A DNA stretch of 52,981 nucleotides, filler included, from Sphacelaria rigidula (taxonomy: Eukaryota): assembly GCA_964200075.2 (NCBI GenBank). It is 3 parts of 3 records of this genome, joined end to end, with 100 filler letters (N's around TTAATTAATTAA, not from the genome) between each part and the next. Parts side by side here need not be neighbours in the genome. Positions count along the whole stretch, not along the records: positions 17,697 to 35,292 come from CAXNAA020001034.1; positions 35,393 to 52,981 come from CAXNAA020001035.1; 1 more part is not named here. One strand, 5' to 3'. The notes under the pieces were generated by a model. It saw only the letters and a program-made list of their open reading frames with translations, had not been told where the DNA came from and made no database searches. Made by a program: the position numbers and the translations under genes. Shown piece by piece: positions 25,561 through 39,100 of this stretch (its first letter is position 1; the number at the start of each line of letters is the position of its first letter).

Positions 25561-26355
25561 ATCGTGGGATTTCCCTGAACTTGTTTTCACCCAACACTGT
25601 ACATGCAGTACTCATAATGCAAAGAGAAGCACTGCGAGTTTTAGGAGGTGTCAAACTCATGAGAAATATACGACGACGAAAAGAAACGTAGCTCCAAAAC
25701 GTTCTATTCATCAATATAAGATTTTGTGTGAACATGTCAGAGTGAGTTCGCCCCCAAAGGGGCGGGCGGGTTGCTGGGATACCCGAAACACTCCAGTCCA
25801 CGGGCACCCTCGTACTCCTCCGCTTCGTCTGTTTTTGCAGAAACTTGTAGACCTATCATTCCACTTGTGCCGAGATTCACTCTCGTTATAGAAACCATGA
25901 ACTATGCACCTCGAGAAACAGCACTGCTGCTTGTCTGCCTGTCACATGCGCGCTTCGGCGCGCGCATAATCCTGCATTATGCACCGCACCATAGCTAAAG
26001 AGCGCTGTAAATTTGAGCTTGCTGATTTTGCGGGCACTCAAAATGATGTCGGGTGCTGTGGGTTTCGTGAATAATGAACTGAGGTGGGGTGTGAGACATA
26101 CATAGCAAGCAGGTCAACCCCGTTCATCATGCACCTGTCGATTCTGCGTTACCGATGTGAGGCGTGTACGCGCAAACTTTCGCAACGAATGTTTTTACGA
26201 GTAAACGGGCATGATTCTCTCGAGATAAAAAAAAATGCTGGATGTATGTCTCCCATTTTTAGGCCGTGGATATATTGATATCTGGGTGTTTGTCCTGAAG
26301 ACATCGTGGAGGCTGCCCTAGTCGATTACAGTGCGTCACATCGATCCACCCTTAC

Positions 26356-29300
26356 CTTGGCACGAAGACGCTTTACCCGAAGCTCTCGCAAGCGCTGGCG
26401 ATTTTCCTGTCGGCGACGGTGTTCCTCTGCCGAGACCGTTGCTTCCCTAGCCGCTTCGTCTGTCATGGCAAGCGACTGATGAACCGTGTGGAGTTTCCCC
26501 TGATAAAAGCAGTACACATGCACACAGGGATACACATGAACCGAACTGTATCAACACGGTCTTCAGCGGGAAGGGGCAGGCGTGCGCGATGTGGGGTAGG
26601 TTTCATCGAGCTTTCACATTTCTCTTGTACCTATCATGGTGGACGACTGAAGGGTGAGAGGTTCTTCAGACTACCGTCGGCTCGACGGTAGATTGAAGGG
26701 CGGGGTAGGTAGGTGTACATGTACGATGATAATCCGGCGTTTCTCCGTTTCCCCGTCGTATTTATAGAATCCACGCATGACGACTAGTATAGGAAATTCA
26801 TAGAAACTTGTTGTGGTCGCCTTTCCTGTTGGAGGTGGTGAGAAACAAAGATCAACGCAAATCCCCCCCCCTTAAAATAACCCGGGTGATGGCCACGCTT
26901 CTGCGGAGAGGTAAACACTTGATATCGTGGGGTGATTTGCGAATTTGTGTAGGCGGCTTCGGCCGTACAAATCGGCCACCCGTCCGCTGAAGCTCGCATG
27001 GAACTCCCACCAGAAAGAGAGTGCAATACCACAGAGTGGCAAGGAAAAAAAACGTTTCCGGTCAAGGCCTCACATAATGCTGGAAAGGAATCGCAAAACT
27101 CGATCACCTGCAAGCACGCGGCTGGATTCGTAGCAGATCACTTTTTGTGCTACATTGAAGTCAATCGAGCCAAGCTCATGTGTCTACGTTCAGTTTCACC
27201 GCAACACAATGATATAGCAGCACCTTTGCTTGCTTATCCGCTCTCGCCTCTCCGTAGTAGAGTAGGACCGGCGCGTCTGGCCCGTAGCCCGCCAGCGCCA
27301 GCACGTGTTGGTGTGGATGCCACACCACGTCTCGTAGCGAGCACGCTGTTCCGAGCGTCTTAGAGTTGGTTGAGTAGTTGTTGTCGAGTATATGTGAGTG
27401 GAGGTTGACCGTGTATTGAGCAAGGTGTGAGAGAGAGGGAGAAGGAGCGACAGAGGCAGACAAACATAACGACAGACAGACACACAGACAGGCACACAGG
27501 CACACAGACACACAGACACACAGACAGCAAAGGTCGCAGGAGCTCATGCAGAGCGTCGAAGCAGAGGGAAAGGGCGGTGGGCTCAGGACGTGCTGAGAAA
27601 TACATGAGAATTTGATTTTTCGAAGGATGCATTTTCTCCATCTTGAGATAGTTTGTCGCCCATATCATTGGCTTATCATCGTGTTCGTGAAACATTTGTG
27701 CTCTCAATCGCGCATGTCATCCGCAAGGACGGTGCTATGTAGAACAGGGAAGTTCCGCAGCACGACATCGCATGACTCCTTCTCTCGTTGATCGACCCAA
27801 TCCGGTTGAAGCGATTTTTTTTTAGCTGGCAGGACGTCACCGTCCCACTCTTACTCTCCTCGTACGTTTTTGGTTAACCTGCGTAGTCAACCTTATCGAA
27901 CAGAGCGCGGCATAGGGGTCGAAGATTGTTACCTACCACTTTTCCATCGTCCTTTCCTTCTTCCTCATCTCTCGATAATAACTCTCGGCGACATTACCAA
28001 CAGTGTCGTTCCTAACATCATAAAACTGATCGGACTGAGCCTTCCGTGAATAAAAATCAGCGGGATGTGCCTTTGATCGTTCATGATAAGTTCGTGAGCA
28101 CGCCCCCTGAGCTGAAAAAACTCGGCCTGTTCGTTTCGCCATTCACCAACCATCACCGACCTGCAGCGGTGTCTTGACCCTTTTCCCCTCTTGAGCCTCC
28201 CACACCCGAACCTGACCCGACTCAGAACCAGAGACTACGAACTGCCCGTCAGGACTGAACGACGCGCGCACGAGTGATCCGGCCGCTGCTCCACCAGAAA
28301 ACCCTGGGTTAACCAGCTGATCACATCATGGTGAAAAATGCGTCGGGGCATGAAAATCGAAAAGTGAAGATCGGGGACACGGGGTGGGGCTTGCCCGATG
28401 TTGTCGAACAAGTTGGACTCAGGGACCATCATCACGTGCGTTCCGGGAGGATAGGAACTGGCTAAGTTCTATATAGCATCATAAAAATACAGCGATAGGG
28501 TAGGCGGGGGCAGAGATATTACTGCACGGTTTGGATCGTCCGACTGTGGAAATTTGCCAGTTGTTTCTACTACAATATTAAATGTGCATGAGAAAAACAT
28601 TTGAATGTGTGGAGACGGTGTGACTGGACGACGCTGTTTAACACAGGATCATGCTACGAGGGGAATGGTTGGTACAGGGGCGAGAAAAGTTTGTCTTCCT
28701 TGGGCTTGCGTACTTCGGGGGAAAGGCAAGCGCGACTTATGAACCATCGAAACACTTCAACTGTTTTTGCGAGAAGTTTTTGATAATCTGTACGGGTATG
28801 GTAGTGAGCTTCTGTTCGTTGAAGCACTGCACACTGTGCAGCTATCTTGTAGCAATAGCAGCATGGATGGATGCCATACCAAATGTTTAGCACGGTTGTC
28901 CGGTGGTGTTCAAGCCCTCCTACGTGTGTTACGGCAACAACCCTCTATACCTGATATGTTCTCAGGTCAAGGAGCCTGAGCGTGTTGCCATGTGCTTGTA
29001 CCAACAGTTGGCCCCTCCTGAGCCGCGGCGCTAGGGCTAGACTTGTGATAGCTTTTCCCACGAAATCCGCGTGTTGTATCTGTGGTGGGGACGGTCACCA
29101 CATCCAGTGTAAGAGAGCGTGACGGTGTGTTTTGCTGTCCCCGCTTCCCTGCTGTTCTTCATATAGAGCTCGGCACATAACGTCCATATCTAATCTACCT
29201 CGTGCCAACTGATGTATCAAAATGCGCAATGAAACGCTACAACTCGGGCCGAGGATACGGTCTGCTTTGGTACCTAAGTTCCGAGGGTGGGCACCAAGCC

Positions 29301-32300
29301 CTGGAGGTAGTCTCGGCATGCTGCAAACATGACGCGAAATACTCGGTGCTATCATGAATAATTACATTCCATCTTCACCAACTGTTCTTGGTCGAATGTT
29401 TTCATGGTCTCTGGTCCCACTTCTGTAGACGTGTCGGGCAGCAGGAGCATACACGCTTTGGCGTCTTTTCACCTTTCTAAGGACGCTGTAATCATCTAGT
29501 CCTCGGCCGCTGCTCCCCCTACGCCACACCACGATATCGCCGCCGCCGTCTCCGCTGTAAAGCCGTCCATTTTTGGCATCGTATACCAAAGCATTCACGT
29601 GGCTCTCGTGGACCACCTTGAACCGTCAAGGAGACAAGCATAATCATCAAACCCCGAAGTGACGGGAATCCGTGCGAAGCATGAATACTCGAGGCGGAGG
29701 CGACCCGTCGGACATCATAGTAATCGGTTTTATGTACAGATCACGATAACATGAGGTTTGACTGACGTACTCGAGGGCAGGGTATCAACGACGTGTGAAT
29801 TGTAACTGGAGAGAATCACTCGAAGTGAGTCTAGATTGAGTGCACTCTCTTGAACAGCTGCGCATGTCTACCTCCTTTACATCCGGCAGCGATGTTTATG
29901 CACAACGACGGTCTGCGGTGTATGCACTTCATCATATCACCAGCGAGCTGCAGCACACACGCACATGAGTTACCCACGACCAGAAAAATCATCCTTCCCT
30001 CGCACTCAAACGTGCCGCTTCGTTTGAACGCAAACGACTTCATAGTTTCCATGGAGTCCGATCGTTACGATACCCCACACCTTGCTCGAGAGCGTCCCCA
30101 GGAGCTTTGCTCTCGCTCCCACTACTGCGACAGCGCTAATATCCCACAGTCGGACGCGCCTGTCGAACGCCCCGGTAACCGCGAGACCGCATTCGCCGCC
30201 TTCTTGCGCTGCTTGTTCTCTTGCTCCTGCTACAAGGGGAAAAAAATAATTACACGCAAGCGAGTACAACAAATGATACGATAGCGCGTGGGGTGGGTGG
30301 GAGAGGACGAACTACAGCAGCATTATACAGCGGGTTAAAGGCGGCCTGCAGCGTGGTTCTCGGGGGGATGTCGAAAGGTCCATGAGGGAAAAATTGTGCG
30401 GTAGAAATACTCACTGAGATGAGAAGTGTATCGATGAGGCCATATGGATGGTATCAAACAGCAGCAACGTTTCTTGTTGCGATTCAAGTGCCGACCGTCA
30501 TCATCACATATTAAAATATTGCATGATACCCACCCGACTTACTTCTGATCTGAGAGAGAGATGGCGAACGCCACAAAAGTCCTCAGTGATGGATTCCGAT
30601 GGAACCCAGTCCAAGGGTCGTCTACATATATTCACTGCTGACGTACTGCTCGCGTCCATCCGGTACGTCATAGCTACGTTCCGGGACGATCCCGAGGAGA
30701 AACCTCAAACGTGCCAAAGTGTGAAAGACATGTAGTGACGAGAACCTTCACGCGATGCGACTCCACGTCCAGGCTCCAACGCTGCGGGTTGAAACACCGC
30801 CGCATACACGAAGCAGGGTGGAGCATGCTGGAGCGTACACATCAGCCAGGGCTCGCCCTTGTCACCCCTAACAGATGTGCATACGCAATTTCGGAATCGA
30901 ACGCACTAGCAGCGTCATGGGGAGCCAGATCTTTCACCGACTACACGCTACCACAGAATTTTGAAAATCAACTTCTCGTTCCAGTCATGCTCGCGGGCTG
31001 AACCGGGCAATGTGCTGATTGCGTAGACAAATATCATACTCAATGATGCTACCTTCATATTCTTGACCCCACTCGTGAGGGAAGATTTTCATTATCAGAC
31101 GGTTGTCCGAGTGATGCCATATTTATCTTCTCATCTTCCATGATTATCCAAGGGAGCAATGCACACGTTAGGGATGCACGCTTCCTCCTGAGGCTCTTTG
31201 TTGTATGAGCCTCTCGATGACAAATATCGGGGCCTTGGTGTACAGTCTCAGAAACCTTTTGGACTGAAGAGTGCGCCCCAACCGTGGTATCACTCGAGGG
31301 CAGCTGTGCTCACCCAGTGGGCGAACAGAAAGGTGTCGTCCCCCCTCCCCCCTCCCTCCCCCTCGCTCCCCCCCCTCCTCCCGCCCCTCCAAAACCATCG
31401 CCGTCTACCCCACCACCACAACTACCAGCACCAGCACCGGCGCTGCTGGTGATGTGCCAAACCTTGGCCGTTCCATCCGCAGAAGCCGAGAGTAGCAAAT
31501 TGTCCCCGTGTGACCAAGCAAGAGAGTAAACCATGGATACATGTCCCTTCAGCTCGTGCCGGCAACGGCCTGTTTCCGAATTGATCAGGCGGATGGGGAA
31601 ACGCTCGGGAAGAGGGTCGTCGCAGCAGGCCACGGCGAGCAGCGATCCCGATCCCGAGAACGCTAACGTCATCGCGCCGTTTTGTCCCGCGTAAATCTGC
31701 CACGCGTACGGCATAGCGTTTTGATGAGATACCGGGGGGAATGAGTCTGAGGCTTTGAGCAAAACCCGATTGGAATCCGGGTGAACCGGTTGTTGCTCGG
31801 GGGTCACAGTTTGAGATAGAAAACCCCCCCAGAAAAAGTGCCTACAAAATCAATTTTCTCATTTACGTGGATGGGACTCCAGTCGACTCGGGACGCCGGT
31901 AGGCGGGGCAAAACAACGTCTACCAGGCGTCTGCTTCGAGCGCTTTGATTAAGGACTTGCAGTGTCGAAGCCATCCGCATCCATTTGACGTGTGTGCGAC
32001 TATGATGCTAGCATAAGTGCTCCTCTCTCGCGTTTCCTGACAGAGACTTTCCTCAGCAGATCTCCCATCATGCCTTTTGGCAATAAAATCACAGTACTAC
32101 CCACCTTACCAACCACATAACGGGAGGTGACGCTGCTTTTAGGGCACAGTCTACGGCAGCTTGGATCAGTTCACACCATCACCTAAGAGACCGAATCAAC
32201 CACATGCGTTGGACACATAGTTTGCACAGAGGCATAGCCTAAAACGGCCTCCCAACAGGCGGCATCCCCATTACTCTCTCCCTTGTCCACGGGCGCGGAA

Positions 32301-35225
32301 CACTCGACACTCACGCGATGAAGTAGCCGATCGGGAAGAGCGCAGCTTTCGTTCTTGTCCCTTAGACGCCGAGCCCGCGCCGCACGTACCCGTTCAGCAT
32401 TAGCCGAATTCCTCGCGTCCCTCCCACCGATCCAGGAATTTCCGGTTTCCATTCTTGCAGCATTGCTTGTGACATCAGTGTTTCTATTTTCCCTCGATTT
32501 ATCGTGCATTGCTGCTAGAGATTCGAACCTTCGGTTGCAAACAAAAAGTGTGAATATGGGGGTCGACAGGAACCATGGGACCATCCGCGTGCGGGTTAAC
32601 TTTGGTGTATAGTAAAGCGACTCTTCGGTGGACGCATTCACACATAGGTAAACCCTAGCGAGACATTTAGCGTTTCTCGAACACTTATTGTAAAATTCAA
32701 GGCTCAGGTTGAGAAGCACACATCACACACCATGACCACAAGATTTTGCTTGGTGCATTCGCGCCGCATGCTGCAAACTCAACACGCTTGATATCCACTG
32801 TGCAGGGACGGCGGGAATTTTCTCTTGTAGGACTCATCGCAAGAAAGGAGACTCCATAACAGACACCAACATATGGAATATGGAGCTATTCCGCTATGGC
32901 GCGGTCGGTGAGTGAGTGCGTTCGTCCGTTTGCAAGGTGGCGGTGGCACAAAATCATACGCACAAACTGCGACTGAAGAAGCTCTCTAATGCTGGGGCAG
33001 TGTCTGCTGAATATTCCCCAAATCAGATAGCTTAGCTATGGCCGCCGTTGAAAAATGATGACGCGTGCAGGGAGGTGTCGGGTACGGGCTACTTGCTGCT
33101 TGTACACTGCAGTTTTCACCTCGCACCCGGGACGGCATTCTGGGCTACGAGATGTGCCGCTATGCGACCGGCCCCGCACGCGAACGCTTGCGGTGAAACC
33201 CTGGAAAGTTCTGAATGATCGGCTCGAACGTTCGCTGCATGGTGTCTCCTCGCGGCGGATAGACATTGCGCGCGAGCTTTTCACTGGCGATCCTGACTCG
33301 TGCGCCGGGTCCTATACCGAATGCTGTGCTATTTTTCCAGTGTTGTGTTTTTTATATGGGTGGTATCTCACGTGAGTTGATGACGTTCTCGTTCATGTAA
33401 CGCCGTCGGTCGTCTTGAAACCCAGACGGGCGTCGGCCGATGGGTAGGTTGCACGGAGACACTCAACGTTGCCGGGTATCTGGAGAAGCATGCGCGAATG
33501 AGAGAGGAGACCTGTGACTTAATCCTTAATGCGCCACTCACTTGGGAGGTTCGCAGCATGAGTGTAGTGTTTATAAGACAAGTCAAATCATAGGCAAGTC
33601 CAACCGTGTGTGTGGGTGCGTGACCGCTCAGGTCGAGAGAGAAGTGACTGTGTTAGCAGGGGTGCCGGTGTGTGGGTGTACACGATTGTAGGTGTACGAT
33701 TCTCCGCTGAACCATTCGATACGCTTAGGTTTGATCCCAGTGCTCGTGCTCGTGTTGGTGAGGCATTATATTCGCCGTCTACACACAAGGTGCAGCCTAC
33801 GCTTGGCGATAATTTATTGTCTTTCGTTTGAACCGGGCACAACTTTCTCATGGATACGTTTGAGGCGGATGTCAAAATTGAAAACCTTGTATGTTCATTT
33901 TTCAACCACTTCAGCAACGTGAATATTTCAAAAGAAGGCCATGTGTATCCCCGGTCATGCGCACAGTCTTCGATATTTTCTTGAAATCCGCACCTCTTCC
34001 CTGGGAAAATGCTCAAATATATGCACGAATCTTTTGCGCGCATAAGAAACTCTCACGTAATCACCTTCGAACCCGACACAACTCCCACACAACCATATTT
34101 CCATCGTCCGCGTAAAGTAGGAATCTTACCTACAACATCTTTGAACCGGACGGATCACAAAATTGAATGTCTCATATGGCTATAGGGAAATCGGGAAAAT
34201 ACGACCACCATTCCGCTGGTTCACGTGTAACGTAAACATTCGAAAAATCTTAAACATGTCCGTCCGATTGATTTTCGGCCAATTCAATATTCTCAAACGT
34301 AACAGCGCACCGTTCCCTCTTGTCGAGTAGAAATTGAACGTAAACGTCCGGAACCTCTGGAGATATCGGCGGCGGCAGACGCGGGAACCCTCGCTTCCGC
34401 GCCTGCCACTTAGCCAACATGGACAGCGGGCGATACTTGAACAACTGCAGGGTGGACCTCCGGCCGGCACTGCCATAAATTGCACGGCACAGTCACGAAG
34501 CCCCGCAAACGACAACAAGAACGCGAACGGCAAATGTGGATGAATGTCGGGCGAAAACATGGTGTGACCAGCATTTACGTGTCGACACCGCACATTTCGA
34601 TGCGCTTATACATGCCTTGATTTGTTCAGCGGCCGTTAGCATAAACTCGTGATACCTGCAGCGATTCGGAACTACGCTGTGGAATTCCTATACCCACCTC
34701 TATATTTCCATCGCGTCACAACGCTCCCGAGATTTTTTTTTTCTTGTTCATTCGAGGATTTTTTCGTATTTCTTGTTCTGTCCACTGACGTAGAGTGTTT
34801 CGGAACACTACCGATATGAGATGGCAGCATCACCACTTGTATCCGCAGCACAGACAAAGCGCCATGTGCTTCCGCACAAGAGCTCCCGTGACGTTGATGT
34901 CACCACTCAGAGGAGAGCTGTTCATTTACCCGTCACCTGAAAACGGGTTATTCGGTTTTTATTTGATTATCGCTCTTTGGGTGACCCCCCGGGGATCCAA
35001 AACGTAGATCTCGATTATCCCACAAGTAAATAAATCTTCCTACCTGCTTCCACTACTACCACTACTGCCGCGCCCGGATTTCGTCACGAAGTGGGGGAGT
35101 GGTGAACCCTGCTCGACGCCGTGCGACGGACCGGGAATCTCGCGACTTCGAACACCCACGTTGCACTCTCCGTTCTCCGCAATTGGCCTGAGGAATCCCC
35201 ACGCGATCTTAGATAGCCCACCTTC
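26356..35225 (-). CDS. AHI1: Jouberin/AHI1-like ciliary transition-zone WD40 protein; 5' part lies beyond the contig end, terminal exon unresolved
   Basis: In-phase exons (minus strand): 35225-35044, 34469-34311, 33479-33372, 32528-32315, 31696-31314, 30867-30746 (donor uncertain), 30229-30081, 29616-29473, 29079-28951, 28316-28161, 27358-27224, 26499-26356. Motifs KIAWGFLRP, LQLFKY, RYPATLSVSV, CALPDRLLHRIYAGQNGAMTLAFS, GHVSMVYSLAWS..LLSASADGTAKVW, LQHAPPCFVYAAVFQP, VTGAFDRRVRLWD, HESHVNAL, FSPDGQFVVSGSE and DVVWHPHQH follow the AHI1 C2-tail plus WD40 order. Confidence 0.85.
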
Positions 35226-35292
35226 CTGTTCGATGAGGTGAATCAATGCGTGATTTATGTATGTTGTGTTTTGATTTGGGGGGGGGGGGGGG

Positions 35293-35392
35293 NNNNNNNN
35301 NNNNNNNNNNNNNNNNNNNNNNNNNNNNNNNNNNNNTTAATTAATTAANNNNNNNNNNNNNNNNNNNNNNNNNNNNNNNNNNNNNNNNNNNN
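35293..35392. other. Artificial contig-join spacer (N44-TTAATTAATTAA-N44)
   Basis: Identical to 17597-17696. Confidence 0.95.
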
Positions 35393-35460
35393 TTTTGGAG
35401 TAGAATGAATATATCTGGGGGGGGGGGGGGGGGGGGAGGGGGGGGGGGGGGGGGGGGGGG

Positions 35461-35673
35461 GGGTCGATTCCAGGAATAAAACGGAATTGTAGGTGTGTCA
35501 GACGACCCGATACACTCGCGGTGGGCTTGTATAGGGTAAAAATCATGCCAAGCAGTATGGATGAGCGCTGTTTATCGGTTATCAAGCGCGTTCGAACAAC
35601 CGTTGCTGCTTTCAACGACGATTTGCAGTGGACTTTCGTGGAAGAAATAGCTAAAAAAATCTCTCCCCCACCC
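35461..35673 (+). repeat. Dispersed repeat bounded by a G-run and a C-run (copy 2)
   Basis: Homologous to 25338-25560, on a different contig. Confidence 0.85.
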
Positions 35674-36137
35674 ATGAGGCAGAGTGTAAGCTGTGACTGT
35701 CTCTGGAAGTGACGATATCAGAAAATGAAGTAGCTCATTGAAGGCTGTCATCCAAATGCAAGATCATCAGTGGGCTTCGAGCTGAACAATCTTAGCAGGA
35801 TGCAGCTCACCCTTCATGCGACTCGCCGAACACACCACGGCGCTTCGCGCTTGGTGATTGAGTGCGAGCCTATCCCGGCTTTGTAGGGATGGAAGGTCAA
35901 ACGATCATTTGACTATGGTATGCTAAATCATTAGTACACCCGCCCCCCTCCTCTCTTCATCTCTCATCACGTACAATGCGAGCCACGCTCTCGACCATTT
36001 CTATCTTGAAATTCTCGCGGACTGTTGCTGCTGTTGTGCCAGCGGTGCCTAACTGGATGCCTCCAAGAAAACGTTCTTCGTCAACTGGCTGCGTGTACGT
36101 CTCAGACAGCTCCCTGAGCCGCACGTCAGCACCCTAC

Positions 36138-39100
36138 CTGCGCCAACTTCTTCCTCGCTTTGTCCGCCCGGCCTGCCTCCGCCGCCAGTTCTTCCTCCGC
36201 GCGTCTTGACCGCGAAATCAGCGCCTTATTCTCCGCTTCTGCTCCGGCGAGTCTATCTCGAAGCGCGCCGATGGTCGCCGCGCCGCCACTACCCCCACCA
36301 GCTCCATCATCACCCGGGCCCCAAGTATCATACTCGCCACCACCACCGCCAACACCACGAGTTCCTCCTCGAAAGCCCTGTTCAAAATGGCTCGCGAGGA
36401 GAGGATCACCCTTAGAACCCGTGATGCTTCTGCTTCTGTTGCCTTCGAGACCTTGCCGCCTGAAGCGCTCCAGGAAAGCGGATTCGGTAGTGGATAGCTC
36501 CCCCATGATACCATTCCACGGATCGTCGCTGCCGAAACGCGGAATATTGCTACCCGATGACCAGTCGCCGTGCGTGGGAACCAAGTTGTATTGGTCGACA
36601 CTATCACCTCCGTGGAGGATGGCTCCCGACTGAGTGTTTGGGTTAGATTTTTGCCGAGTTTTGGGGGGCTGGTTCAGGTGCAAGCGGACCGACGGTGTTG
36701 TTTTTCAGGGCTGTCACGTGTGAGAAGGTCGCGTTAAGACAGAGAGAGCGTGAGCATCCGTAATAAGGTAGGCCGGGCGCGTAGCCGCACGCCGTGCCGT
36801 CTCAAACGTTAACTTGGAACTCGTGAATAAACGTGGTAAGTTGGATGCCGGTGAATTTCAGTTTTTCCGTGCTCACTGACGTCGCCGTAATGCGCAACTT
36901 CTCACAATGTTGTTGCAACGTGCAACATCGCCTCCAAGGCACCACAAAACGAGTAAGCAATAGTTCTCTAATGATCTGCGAAGGCGTGCAAGTCAATGAA
37001 CTTTGAACTGATTTTTGTCTTGCTACTCCCCATGGTTACCAAAATAACGCTTACCCCAAGAATTCTCAAGAAGAGCATACATACAGCAATTGAAACTACT
37101 CTTTGGGGTGCAATTGGAACCTGACCTGGAAACTTCGCGCTTCTGCAACACTCTCCAGTTTTTCCAGCAAGATTTCGCTGGCACTTCTGCTGTCTTGTAC
37201 TAGCTGTTGTTCTTCATCTCTACCCCAAGTCCACTGCTCGTATTTCCCATCCCCTTGTCCTCCTTTCCTTCCCCCTCCTTTTTTTCTGGCGTGACTCCTC
37301 CCTTTTGTCCCAGTTCCGCAATTACTTTCACTAGTCTGGCGTCTGACACCCATGTTGACAACCTCCAGCGTAGCGGGACTACCCAGCTCCTCCATGCCCA
37401 CTTCTCGAGCCAACCGTTCACGCTCGATAGCAAAACGCGCGAGAGCCGTGGCGTTAGGGAGCTCTCCTTCCTGATCGCTATTGGATGTGGCTGATCGGGC
37501 CTTGCTACGATGCCAGGCGCCACCTGAACCACCTTCAGGCTTGTCTCTACCCACTCTAGCACTGCTACCACCTCCGTACACTCCTGAAATGCGAACAAGA
37601 GCCTTTGAGGAAGCCTGCATAATTGAGGATATCGTTATTCACCGGGAGGCAATGAACGGCGACTCAAGAGGAGGTTACATAGCTGTCGTGGTTACGTCCA
37701 TTCGTTCCTTCTCACAAGCCTTCGATGATGCTGCCATCGCCCTGAAGAAGAAAGAGATACCAGAGATCGTGTGGCGTTGATTTTTTCGATCAGACGAAAT
37801 GGGATTACCGTCACACTAACCTACCCGATTTCCACAAGAATTAATCCGCTTTTCACAGCAGGTATAGAACCCTCTATATTACCCAACTCAATTCCCTCAC
37901 CGCCTTCTGTTTTCGCCTGCCAGTATACGCCTTTTCGTCAACTCCTTTTTCCACGGTCGATTTTTCTACGCAGGGTACATCTTCAGTCGGGGCTTGCCCA
38001 TCATGTTCCCCAACAGCCTCCCCTCCGCCAATTCTCACCGCCTGCTGCTCGGGTATCAGCTCCTTCATGCCCATCTCGGCTTCGAATTGTTCGACCTCGA
38101 TTTTTCCTTCGCGGTCTGCTGGCGAGTTCTGAGACAGGGTGGGGGGTGTGGAACTCAACTCTCGTGCACCGGCGCTGTTCCCATCACCGACGGCATCATC
38201 CCATTGGATATTCGAAGCATCATAACCATCCCCCGGTGCTATAGCTTCCGTCGCGGAAATTGCCGTACCTGGTCGCTCCTGCCCAGAAATGTCCGTCACG
38301 AATTCCGGCAAAGGTTCCGAGCTTGGTCGGGCCGGGCTGTCGCCGGAGGCGGTGGCGATGGCGGCGAATCCCGCTGATGCGGCCGTGGTTCCTTCGGGGA
38401 ATCCTGCGGAGCGGATAGAGTCGAGTTTCCGGCAGATTTCCATGCAGTTTCCACAAACAGTGACCTCTTCGTAGTACGCCTGGAAATGGAGAGCACAGTA
38501 AGGTTCATCCAAGCAGATTAGACTGCACGCAGGGTGCATACTGCACCGCTGGAGTTTCAGAGAGGTTGCTCCGCCGTTCAAACAAGCATCAGTCACTCGC
38601 CAGGCAGGAATCGCGATTTTTATTATTGGAAGCACCTCCATGTACAGTCATGTATCAATCCAATGTAGTTGTATCGAATCGATTATGGTCGAAACACAAT
38701 CCCGGTGGGCACGGAAAATACATCACATGCAGCCGGTAGTGATCCACGGTAGATTTGAGATGGAGGACACAAAATAGGCAAATACGATGCTCCCGGAAAT
38801 CTTATTATTTGGAACGCCACCTGCGGGTTCGCACTAGCCAACGAAAGTTGAGCTCTTTGATCGCATTGCTTCCAGCGCCGTGCGAGCGAGCCCTGGCGGA
38901 GAGCGTCATCACTGCCTCCAGCCGTGTTGCCGTTGGTTTCGCCCACTCCCAATGGCTCGTCGCCACGAAGAAAAGATTCAGCAGCCAAAGCCAGAAGAAC
39001 TGACCGCGCGATCATCTACGGGAACGTCACAGCAGCGTATAAAATGTTCGTGAGTTTCAAGATTGCAGACACGGTCCAGAAGACGCCCGTGCGGTGGTGT

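Noticed and set aside
25690..25940. Candidate terminal exon(s) of AHI1
   Set aside because: Several acceptors and frames are possible (e.g. TSSSAVSRGA*). I cannot choose between them without transcripts.
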